DNA of 63,465 nt, the filler included, from Octopus bimaculoides (Eukaryota): NCBI RefSeq assembly GCF_001194135.2. It is 6 parts of 5 records of this genome, joined end to end, with 100 filler letters (N's around TTAATTAATTAA, not from the genome) between each part and the next. Parts side by side here need not be neighbours in the genome. Positions count along the whole stretch, not along the records: positions 34,860 to 59,885 come from NC_068987.1; positions 59,986 to 61,703 come from NW_026335190.1; 4 more parts are not named here. The stretch is one strand, 5' to 3'. Made by a program: the position numbers and the translations under genes. The notes beneath the pieces were generated by a model. The model had not been told where the DNA came from, did not search any database, and saw only the letters and a list, made by a program, of their open reading frames with translations. Below, piece by piece: positions 49,441-60,658 of the stretch. Position 1 is the first letter of the stretch. Every line of letters begins with the position of its first letter.

Positions 49441-50054
49441 ACAGTGTTTTAATATCAGGAATATATTTATGCCACTACGCGTGATATTAAGTATTATAAC
49501 ATTTTTACTTCTTTACTTTTTGATATATCATGTTGATTATAGAAAATAATAATATTAATCTGATTTTGAACATAAAATAATTTAACTTAAAATAAGATGA
49601 AATTAACCAAATTTCTCTCATATATTTGCAATAATTATATATAATCAATAATAATAATTATATATAATCAATAATAATAATACTCTTTAACAACTGATTA
49701 CTGTATTACTTTATTACTCTGGTAATTTAGGGTGGAGAATATTTTACAAAAATAACAATATTTTCACTTGGGTTGTATTTCTCACTGTAGAAGTTAAGCA
49801 CTAGAAGCGTTTAATTTACATCAAAATTTACTATTTCGACAGACTTAAATTTCTTAAGTGGTGGATATACAATGTGTATGTGTATATGTATTGGGCATCG
49901 AGATAATGTGCGCATGTATATACATACATACATACATACATACATACATACATACATACATACACAGACACATACATACGTGCATACATACTTACTTATA
50001 CATACATAGACACATACATAGATACATGCATATATAGATACACACACACACACA

Positions 50055-50101
<47 letters not shown>

Positions 50102-51383
50102 GTATGCATGTATGTATGTATGTATATATATATATATATATATATATTCTTTTATTCTTTTATTTGTTTCAGTCATTTGACACATTTTCAGTAATGATTT
50201 ATCTAAAATTATTTACTCGTTTGTCAATTCTACTTATTTACCTGACTAACTGTTTACTAAAATTGTTTAGAAAATTGCAGATTCTTCACTATTAAAGATT
50301 GCTGATTTCATTAATTTATATAAAATTGTTAGTTTCAATGTTACAACTACAACAAACAACTCATAATGGTTATAAACTATACAAAAGTTAATATTATTTT
50401 CTGGAACTTGTATCGTTTCCTTTACTCCAGAAGTCTATTGTAGTTAATGTTAGTTAACTATTCTAAACGGAATATTTGCATAAAAGTTTCTTAGGCAAAT
50501 GTTTTACCTAAGAAAGTCATTTAAGACAACATTTCTTTTCTTTTTTGGTTGGGGGGTCACATAACATGATCTTGTAAGAAATATGCCTCTGCTTCATGTA
50601 ATGTGGAAGCTTAAACTTGAGGTGCTGCTGATGAAATGAGATCTAATTTAGATGAAACAATTGTAAATTGATGTAGTAAAAAATCTTGCTTACTCCTTCC
50701 TTTTTTCATCTTCATTTATATAGATGCACGCGAGTCTGTGTGTCTATGAGTGTCTCTGTGTGTATATGTTTGTATACATACATAGACATTGTGAATTGTA
50801 ATATCCATCGACAACTTTATAATACTTCTGAACTACGAAGTATTAAATTCTCTCTGATGAAGATTTTGTAAAGATGGCTGACACAGAAACTCAGTTACAC
50901 GCATACACATATAAAAACAGATACACACACACACATATGTATGTTTTCTGTGTATGTCTATATATATTCATGTACATATATACATGTGTGTGTGTACCTA
51001 TGTATGCATGCATCTATGTATCTATGTATGCACGTATGTATGTGTATGTATGTGTGTATATATACTCATGCGCACATTGTCTCGATACCCAATACATATA
51101 CATATACACATACACATACAAATTGTATATCCACCACTTCAGAAATTTAAACGCAATGCTGTATTAACTGATAAGTGAATGGACTTCACATGAAAAAGAA
51201 ACGATATCCTAAAGATTTAAAGAATTCGAAACTTTGTTAATCAAAGTGGTTTATTTCACAAACTGATAATTCTCCTGACACAATCATAGCATCGTTTCTG
51301 AACGAACGATTTATTCACTTTGTTGCCTACAATATTATTTGTTGCATCTACTGCATGACTTCATAGTTAATATGACCTTGTTT

Positions 51384-51600
51384 AGAGGCGGCGAGCAGAC
51401 AGAATCGTTAGCACGCCGGGCGAAATGCTTAGCGGTATTTCGTCTGTCTTTACGTTCTGAGTTCAAATTCCGCCGAGGTCAACTTTGCCTTTCATCCTTT
51501 CGGGGTCGATAAATTAAGTACCAGTTTCGTATTGGGGTCGATCTAACCGACTGGCCCTCTCCCCCCAAATTTCAGGCCTTGTGCCTAGAGTAGAAACGAA
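51384..51600 (+). mobile_element. SINE family B, near consensus
   Basis: Complete head, Nin-like domain and tail GGCCTTGTGCCTAGAGTAGAAA. Confidence 0.9.
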
Positions 51601-52089
51601 TATGATCTTGTTTAGATACAACTCTGGCAGGATCGAACAGGCCTGTCATCGAATGCGTTTCTATCCGGCAGATTCTTTGTTTTAATAAATCAGCATCTAT
51701 GTTGCTTTGTATACAGTTATTCTTTTTCTTCTTCTTCCCCTTCATTTTCTTCTTCTGTGTTTTTATAACCTTTTAGCGAGCAAATTACTTTGTTAAATGT
51801 AATGCTTATTCATTTACATTGTTTTAAATTAACCATGCATTAATTCGTAGTTTCGAGATTTCGATGGTGTGAATTTTTTTATATGACTTCGTAAGATATG
51901 TGTGAGATGCTGGATCTGGCTGGGTTGAACATAAAAGCGGTAAAATATTTAGATCAGATATGGTTGGTTTAAGTGCTAAACGGCTATGACACTATAATGT
52001 GATTAGACAAGTAGTGACCTCCAAGTTTCGCTGACAACAGTGGAGGGGACCAAACACAGAAACAAAGACACACAGACACAGTCACACAT

Positions 52090-52129
<40 letters not shown>

Positions 52130-52721
52130 GAGAATATACGAAAAAACAACAACAGACGAGGACAGGTGGTGTAAATAACAAAAGGATGTANNNNNNNNNN
52201 NNNNNNNNNNNNNNNNNNNNNNNNNNNNNNNNNNNNNNNNNNNNNNNNNNNNNNNNNNNNNNNNNNNNNNNNNNNNNNNNNNNNNNNNNNNNNNNNNNNN
52301 NNNNNNNNNNNNNNNNNNNNNNNNNNNNNNNNNNNNNNNNNNNNNNNNNNNNNNNNNNNNNNNNNNNNNNNNNNNNNNNNNNNNNNNNNNNNNNNNNNNN
52401 NNNNNNNNNNNNNNNNNNNNNNNNNNNNNNNNNNNNNNNNNNNNNNNNNNNNNNNNNNNNNNNNNNNNNNNNNNNNNNNNNNNNNNNNNNNNNNNNNNNN
52501 NNNNNNNNNNNNNNNNNNNNNNNNNNNNNNNNNNNNNNNNNNNNNNNNNNNNNNNNNNNNNNNNNNNNNNNNNNNNNNNNNNNNNNNNNNNNNNNNNNNN
52601 NNNNNNNNNNNNNNNNNNNNNNNNNNNNNNNNNNNNNNNNNNNNNNNNNNNNNNNNNNNNNNNNNNNNNNNNNNNNNNNNNNNNNNNNNNNNNNNNNNNN
52701 NNNNNNNNNNNNNNNNNNNNN

Positions 52722-52802
<81 letters not shown>

Positions 52803-53261
52803 CGTGTGTAAACATAAATACCTTATGTTTCCTTCTTTGTGGTTTGATAGAGTCTGAGGCTAGATTTACGAACGAACGCACAAGACCGATAAACTTCGCG
52901 GAGCCTCCAACCGTATCATCACATTCCAACGAACATTTATACATTCAAACACATTTTATATTGCATTAAATAAAATTATGTGTGCATGTGTATGTGTGTG
53001 ATTAGGTAGGTAGGTGGGTAGGTAGGTAGGTAGGTAGGTAGGTAGGTAGGTAGGTAGGTAGGTAGGTAGGTAAGTAGGTAGGTAGGTAGAGAGCTTTTGC
53101 AATGTACCTCTGACGAGAATCGTGAGATTTGATAACATTGATATCAGCGTAGTGCATTCACCATTAATAAAAATATTTTCTACATCTTATGTATTGAGTT
53201 TCTTACTGTGAGACTGATCGTCTTCGTTTTCTGATTAAGAGAGTAACATATATATGTATAG

Positions 53262-53420
53262 GCACAGGAGTGGACGTGTTGTAAGTAGCTTGCTTACCAA
53301 CCACATGGTTCCGGGTTCAGTCCCACAGCGTGGCAAATTGGGCAAGTATCTTCTACTATAGCCTCGGGCCGACCAAAGCCTTGTGAGTGCATCTGGTAGA
53401 CGGAAACTGAAAGAATCCTG
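53262..53420 (+). mobile_element. SINE family A head running into a gap
   Basis: GGCACAGGAGTGG..GCTTACCAACCACATGGTTCCGGGTTCAGTCCCAC..GACGGAAACTGAAAGAA. Confidence 0.85.
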
Positions 53421-53664
53421 TCATATATNNNNNNNNNNNNNNNNNNNNNNNNNNNNNNNNNNNNNNNNNNNNNNNNNNNNNNNNNNNNNNNNNNNNNNNN
53501 NNNNNNNNNNNNNNNNNNNNNNNNNNNNNNNNNNNNNNNNNNNNNNNNNNNNNNNNNNNNNNNNNNNNNNNNNNNNNNNNNNNNNNNNNNNNNNNNNNNN
53601 NNNNNNNNNNNNNNNNNNNNNNNNNNNNNNNNNNNNNNNNNNNGTGTGTGTGTGTGTGTGAAGG

Positions 53665-54680
53665 CACACAGAATAATAGAATTAAAATTTCTTTGATTAA
53701 AACCTTTTCTAACATGGAAGTATCCAAAGAGCATTTGAGGCACATAATGCTTCATGAGTACAAAGAAAGGTAATTCTGCAGCCGAAGCAACTTGAAACAT
53801 ACTTTCCCCTTTATGGGAAAGAATGCTTGAATGAAAGAACTTGCAGAAGATGGTTTGCAAAATTCAGAAGTGGAGATTTCAGCCTTGAAGATGAAGATCG
53901 AACAGGACGTCCAGTTGAGTTTGATGATAAGCTCCTTGAGGCATTGCTTGAAGAAAATCCTACATTATCAGTTGAAGAACTGGTAATAAAGCTTAGTTCA
54001 AAGCATACAACTGTTCATCATCATCTTCAACAACTTCGAAAGGTTCCTAAACTAGATCTTCTATCGAAATGTTAAACGTCGTAAACAGTGGCTTGGTAAA
54101 AGAGAAAAAGTTCAACCACAACCGAGAAGGGAACTTCATGGGAAAAAGGTTCTTCTCTCTATCTGGTGGGATTGCAAAGGAATAATTCACTTTGAATTGT
54201 TACCACCTAATGCAACAATCAATGCTTAAGTCTACTGCCAGCAATTAGAGCGTTTGAACCAAGCTTTGAAGAAAAAAGACCCGGTTTAGTGAATAGGAAA
54301 GGAGTGATGTTTCATCAAGACAATGCGCGACCCCACACTGCAAAGATCACATCACAGAAGATCGAAGAGTTTGGTTGGGAAAAAATTTCTCATTCACCTT
54401 ATTCTTCCGACATTGCTCCTTCAGACTACCATTTGTTTCGTAGTTTACAGAATCATTTGGAAGACATATGTAGCAGGAGGTCGAAACTGACATTTCAGTG
54501 TTCTTCGCTTTGAAACTGAAAGAGTTTTACATTGATGGGATTAAAAAGCTGGTAAATAGATGGAAGGAAGTCATAGATAATCAGGGAAAGTACATTGATG
54601 ATTAAATTTCAATTAAATATAACATTTGATCACTTGTTTTCTTTATTCAAAATTCAGACAGAACTTATGGGATGACCTGA
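53665..54680 (+). mobile_element. Mariner DD34D transposon, frameshifted, 5' TIR lost
   Basis: ATG 53714 MEVSKEHLRHIML; WFAKFRSGDFSLEDEDRTGRP; FHQDNARPH..YSSDIAPSDYHLF (34 residues counted D to D); 3' TIR ..TTATGGGATGACCTGA+TA. Confidence 0.93.
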
Positions 54681-55544
54681 TAATAAATTGAATAATTAGA
54701 TAATTATTTAAAACTGTAATTATTAAAGTTTCCAGTAAATAAACTGTTGGTCTTGTGCCTAAAATAGAAGAAATTATTATTTTTGAAGTCTTAAATAGGG
54801 CAAAGAAATTATTTTTTTTAAGTCTTGGGTAGGTCTGATCTATGGATAAACAACGACGCTACAACCATATTTGAGTCTCCTAATTTCTTTCATATGGTTG
54901 TACTGAATAGCAAAATGTCCCTAGATCCCTAGATTCCATTATGCCAAAATATTAGTATTCATAGCATTCCTCTATTCCTCCTAATTTGTACTTTCCACAT
55001 AACTCCCAGTGGGCGGACGATGTGGCATTATCATTCATAGTTCCTCTATTGAGTTAATTTATTTGCTGCATTTAGTAACAAAACTAACAGCATAGAATAA
55101 GCCTTCAAAATTATCAATATACGAAACGGATTATCGTACATAGGCACAAGCAGAAGCGTATGGTTAAAAAGTTCACTTCACAGATACTTGCTTCTATGTA
55201 CAATTCCCGAAATGCATTTCGAATGCAGTTCACGTTCTTCGCAGTTATTTTGCCGGAGCCGTTTCGAATCCTATGTTTTTATGAGTGTAGATCTGCAGAA
55301 AACCTACATAAAACTAATATTTGTGCAACCTATTTTTGTTCATATATTGTTATATCGTCGTCGGCGGTGTTTTGTCGTGTGTCCGATAATTCATTTGTTT
55401 TTTTTCTTCGCTCCTTCTTCCCTTCTGTCCGTGTTTATGCCTCTGATGACTAATGAGGCCGATTCTTGCATGGAAGCGTATATTGTAAAGTTCACAAGGG
55501 ATCCGTAGTGGAGGTTTTAGTTGTTGCAGCCACCATTTTCTTTC

Positions 55545-55683
55545 TTGTCACTTCTCTCTCCACTCTCCTCTACGGTTGTGAAACCTGGATTCTTTACCGA
55601 AGTGACGTCAAAAACTAAAGCGATTTCATCAACAGAAGCTCCGCTCTGTAATGAATATCAAATGGAATGACTATGTGACCGAC
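55545..55683 (+). mobile_element. RTE-type LINE fragment (post-RT thumb region)
   Basis: LSTLLYGCETWILYRSDV..RFHQQKLRSVMNIKWNDYVTD. Confidence 0.8.
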
Positions 55684-55699
55684 AAAATCAAAAACAAAC

Positions 55700-55740
55700 A
55701 ATGCGCATGCGCGAAATTAAAAATATAAAATGGCGACAAT
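55700..55740 (+). promoter_or_regulatory. Possible promoter motif pair (NRF1-like plus YY1-like)
   Basis: TGCGCATGCGC followed about 15 nt later by AAAATGGCG. Motif match only. Confidence 0.25.
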
Positions 55741-55919
55741 TTACCCATTGCACTACGCTTATATATAGTTCTCTCTAACTTAACGCAATGAAATGTTCTG
55801 GTTCAGCATTTAAATGCACATGGAACACCCAATGCGAAGTTCAAAGTTATCAAAATGGTTAACCGTACGTAGTAACTAATGATATAAATTCGTGTATTTC
55901 TTAGATACATATAATATAT

Positions 55920-55968
<49 letters not shown>

Positions 55969-57976
55969 ATGTGCATGTATATTCTATATCCATATCTGTT
56001 TTATGCTTAACGGTTTAAGAGCAGTGATGTGATGAAATTGTTTAACTTGGCAATTTCATAATAAAAAAAAATAGAGAGACAAAATCATTTCAAGATGGGG
56101 GTGATACGATCGCCTATAAAAACCACTTTAATAGCCGTATCCCAGCATGGGCGTAGTTCAGCGACTGAAACCAATACAAAAATAAAAATCAAACCTTATT
56201 TTATTGATCATTTACCAGAATGATGAAAGGCAAATCTGACCTCGGCGGGATTTGAAAACAGAACGCGTCCAAATAGGGTTGCTAAACACCTTTCATAATT
56301 AATGTTTTTTGGAGTTCACATGGTTGCAGGCGGTTTCATTATTTGAATTGATTTGACAATTACAAGTAAACAAAAAAAAATAATAATAATTAAATAGGAA
56401 TTGACAATCATTTACAATACCATAGCGTGATAATGCAATTATTCCTTGTTCTGCAAAATGATAGCAGATGTTGTAACACCATCCAAATAGCAATCTGATG
56501 CTGTGTCGGTTTGTCATTAAATTTGTTTCTATCAGCGACCTTTTGCCATAAAGGTGGTCATTGGATATAGATTGTATTCGTTCTTTTTATATGATTAGTA
56601 TTCTGTTCGTAACTGAGTAGTTAACTGGCGGTTATCAGCAGATCGTTAGCTGGTTGTATGTGTATGCGTGTTGTTTGTTCATGTATATATGCCTATCGCT
56701 GTGCGTGTCCGTTGATGCATATATATATGTTAACAGATAGAGATAATACAGTTCAAGAAAAAAGATATCATATCCAATATACGTGAGAACTTTGCCCGTC
56801 AGGATGCCCTCATTATTCCAACGGTATAAGACGGTGTGGAGTATTACAAAGCACATACATACATACATACATACATACATACATACATACATGCATACAT
56901 ACATACATACATGCATACATACANNNNNNNNNNNNNNNNNNNNNNNNNNNNNNNNNNNNNNNNNNNNNNNNNNNNNNNNNNNNNNNNNNNNNNNNNNNNN
57001 NNNNNNNNNNNNNNNNNNNNNNNNNNNNNNNNNNNNNNNNNNNNNNNNNNNNNNNNNNNNNNNNNNNNNNNNNNNNNNNNNNNNNNNNNNNNNNNNNNNN
57101 NNNNNNNNNNNNNNNNNNNNNNNNNNNNNNNNNNNNNNNNNNNNNNNNNNNNNNNNNNNNNNNNNNNNNNNNNNNNNNNNNNNNNNNNNNNNNNNNNNNN
57201 NNNNNNNNNNNNNNNNNNNNNNNNNNNNNNNNNNNNNNNNNNNNNNNNNNNNNNNNNNNNNNNNNNNNNNNNNNNNNNNNNNNNNNNNNNNNNNNNNNNN
57301 NNNNNNNNNNNNNNNNNNNNNNNNNNNNNNNNNNNNNNNNNNNNNNNNNNNNNNNNNNNNNNNNNNNNNNNNNNNNNNNNNNNNNNNNNNNNNNNNNNNN
57401 NNNNNNNNNNNNNNNNNNNNNNNNNNNNNNNNNNNNNNNNNNNNNNNNNNNNNNNNNNNNNNNNNNNNNNNNNNNNNNNNNNNNNNNNNNNNNNNNNNNN
57501 NNNNNNNNNNNNNNNNNNNNNNNNNNNNNNNNNNNNNNNNNNNNNNNNNNNNNNNNNNNNNNNNNNNNNNNNNNNNNNNNNNNNNNNNNNNNNNNNNNNN
57601 NNNNNNNNNNNNNNNNNNNNNNNNNNNNNNNNNNNNNNNNNNNNNNNNNNNNNNNNNNNNNNNNNNNNNNNNNNNNNNNNNNNNNNNNNNNNNNNNNNNN
57701 NNNNNNNNNNNNNNNNNNNNNNNNNNNNNNNNNNNNNNNNNNNNNNNNNNNNNNNNNNNNNNNNNNNNNNNNNNNNNNNNNNNNNNNNNAATACCATTCT
57801 TTTATTTTTTTACTATCTTATTCTCCCTGTATTTTTTTTATTTAGTTGTAGTTATTCAGAGGAAATGGTGTTATTTTGTACAATAAAACCATTTAAATGG
57901 CGTTTTTTATTTATCTTCGTTCTATAAATATTAGCTACGGATAAAATTCTGACCAGCATCACACTCTCTCTCTCTC

Positions 57977-58008
<32 letters not shown>

Positions 58009-58329
58009 TCTCCCGTCTGTGTGTATTTATGCGTGTGCATCTGTCTTTCTCTCCCAAGTGTTCATGTGTGCGTGTGTGTGTGTGCCTGTTTCTCAGAGAG
58101 TGTTATAATCGAGTTAAAGTGAGAATCTCCGTATGGTCACTCACCGTACTTGAAATAGCAGAAACCTCACAAAACCTAATCCAAGGTCTTAAATAATGGA
58201 AGGACGCATCAGATAACTTACTTCTAGAACAGCCCTCAAAAGACGGGATGGTCGCGGCAGGAATACTCTGGATCGTACGTTTGCTTCATCAAAATTGACC
58301 TGCGGGCAAAAAACAAAAAACAAAGATAT

Positions 58330-59160
58330 TTGGCACCAGACAAGCAATTTTAGGGCGAGGGGGTTAACTGATTACACTTATCTAAGTACTTCACTGGTAC
58401 TTTCTTTTATCGACCCCGAAAGAATGAGAGGCAAAGTTAATCTCAGCAAGATTTGACTAAGAATGTAAAGAACCGGAAGAAATACCACTAAGCATTTTGT
58501 CCGGCTGCCTAACAATTCTACCAGCTCACCGTCTTAATATACAATAATGGTTTTCATTTAATGGACACAGGGCTAGTCATTTCGGATGGGGAGACTAGTC
58601 AATTACATCGACCCCAACGCTCAACTGATACTTATTTTATTCTTTTCTACTCTAAGCACAAGGCCCGAAATTTTGGGGGAGGAGACCAGTCGATTAGATC
58701 GCAACTGGTACTTAATTTATCGACCCTGAAAGGATGAAAGGCAAAGTAGACCTCGGAGGAATTTGAATTCAGACCGTAAAGACGGAGGAAATGCCACTAA
58801 GCATTTCGTCCGACGCACTAACGATTCTGCTAACTCACCCTCTTAATATTGGTTTCAAATCTTGGCACGAGGCCAGCAATGTTGGGGGAGGGTAAGTCGA
58901 TTACATCGCTCCTATTGCTCAACTGGTACTTATTTTATTGACCTCGAAAGGACGGAAGGCAAAGTCGACGTCGGCGGAATTTGAACTCAAAACGGTCTAT
59001 GCCGCAAAGCATTTTATCTGGCACTAACGAATTTGCCAGCTCGCATCGAACCTACTGTTCAACTGGTACTTAATTTATTGACCCCGAAAGAATGAAAGGC
59101 AAAGTCGACCTCCGCGGAATTTGAACTCAGAACGTAAGGACGAACGAAATACCGCTAAGA
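58330..59160 (-). mobile_element. Cluster of at least 5 co-oriented, partly nested SINE family B copies
   Basis: Repeated CGACCCCGAAAG(G/A)ATGA(A)AGGCAAAGT motif at about 58410, 58720, 58940 and 59080, plus a truncated 3' part at about 58570-58640. Confidence 0.85.
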
Positions 59161-59472
59161 ATATGTAACCATACATACATAATTTCGGCTACCAGCGCGT
59201 TGCGTCCTTAATCAAGACACTTTATTTCGCGTTGTACCAGTAATTCAAAGGGACCAGCCTTGTCACACTCTGTGTCACGTTGTCTTCTTGAGACTTAAGC
59301 TAAGGGTACGTGAATAAGTGAAGAGTTCAGTCGCTTGCACGTAAAATTTCCTGCACATGCTGTTCCGTTGATCGTATGAGCTAGAACACTCGCAAAGCGG
59401 TGCCCCAGCATGGCCGCAGTCGAATGACTGAAACAAGTAAAAGATATGTATATTTCGTTTAGGTATAATGAT

Positions 59473-59525
59473 ACTAATGCTGAGGAGTGGCAGAAATAGC
59501 CCGAAACCAGGACTGGTCTACTGGT
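59473..59525 (+). ncRNA. Type-I hammerhead ribozyme motif (probably decayed)
   Basis: Core CTGAGGA (59480-86); stem II G(T)GGC-AGAAATA-GCCC; GAAA (59503-06); stem III CCAG-GA-CTGG; GTC cleavage triplet (C59518); stem I ACTAATG/TACTGGT (6 of 7 pairs, including G-U). Confidence 0.65.
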
Positions 59526-60420
59526 CCCGTCGCTAGGAGATGATAGGGGTTCGCTCCCCCGCTCGCAATTTTATCGGATGCAGCTGTACATCGTGAACCA
59601 GTTAAAGGAGATGTCCCTTTAGGGTTAAAAAAAAAGCGCAGTAGAGTCCGCTCGAACGAACAGCCATGTTAAAATGGCTACGAATATTACTTGCCGGTAC
59701 TAATAATCTAATGTTAGAACTTAATGTACATATTCTTCAGGAAAAAAGGCGTTAGTGGAGTTCAGAGTGTGTGATATGAAATGTAATAAATAAACGATAA
59801 AGCAACATTACATAATTTCTTGTTCCCTTGTCATTTCTTTAATATCATATGTATGTATATATATACATATATATATATATATATANNNNNNNNNNNNNNN
59901 NNNNNNNNNNNNNNNNNNNNNNNNNNNNNTTAATTAATTAANNNNNNNNNNNNNNNNNNNNNNNNNNNNNNNNNNNNNNNNNNNNTTTTCAATAACGTGA
60001 TGTACACGAACACTACCGTTTATCGTACGCTTATTTTAAATAAATTTTAACTTTCATTTCGTATTTTACGTTGAACATTAATTGCCTTTATTTCTCACGA
60101 GAAATATGAAAGAAAAAGGGAAACAACTATACAACCCTGCTACCAGAAAGGGAAATGAATAAAAGATTAAAATTGATTTTGTGAATGAATGATATTAGCA
60201 TTACATTTACAAATGACTGTAGTGGAAGTACTAAAATCTAAACATATGATGTAACTTAATAATTTTATTTGTGGGTCCATCTGAATAAAACCAATAGGAA
60301 ATTATTTGTTGATAAGGTTTACTTTGGTAAATATATTGACAAGAATAAAAGAAATGTATATTTGTTATTTGTCATACATATGTTATTTATATTTTTAATG
60401 TTATAATTTTTATTTTACAG

Positions 60421-60658
60421 GGAAATATATGTTTGCCTCTGCAGTGGGCTTTCCTGGTCAAAAAACGTATTTGAAAACAAAAACCTTTACTATTGCGGCT
60501 AACAGTCTTAGTTTCTACTATTACATGTCTGGAAGAGAAATGGGGAAACTAAATATTTATAGTAAAAGTAAATCAAGACAAACTCTAATGAAAACTTTAT
60601 CAGGCAATCAAGGTAATAAATGGAAGTATGCATGTATCCCTCTGACAAATAAATATAG
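60421..60658 (+). CDS. Internal exon encoding the C-terminal half of a MAM domain (secreted or cell-surface protein)
   Basis: Acceptor TTTTTATTTTACAG|, donor AG|GTAAGA, phase 1 to phase 2, open frame (G)KYMFASAVGFPGQKTYLKTKTF..LSFYYYMSGREMGKLNIY..LMKTLSGNQGNKWKYACIPL. This matches the MAM pattern G.Y.y....a.L......L.FyYhM.G..~G.L.vy.......sG.QG..W..a.v.L. Confidence 0.88.
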
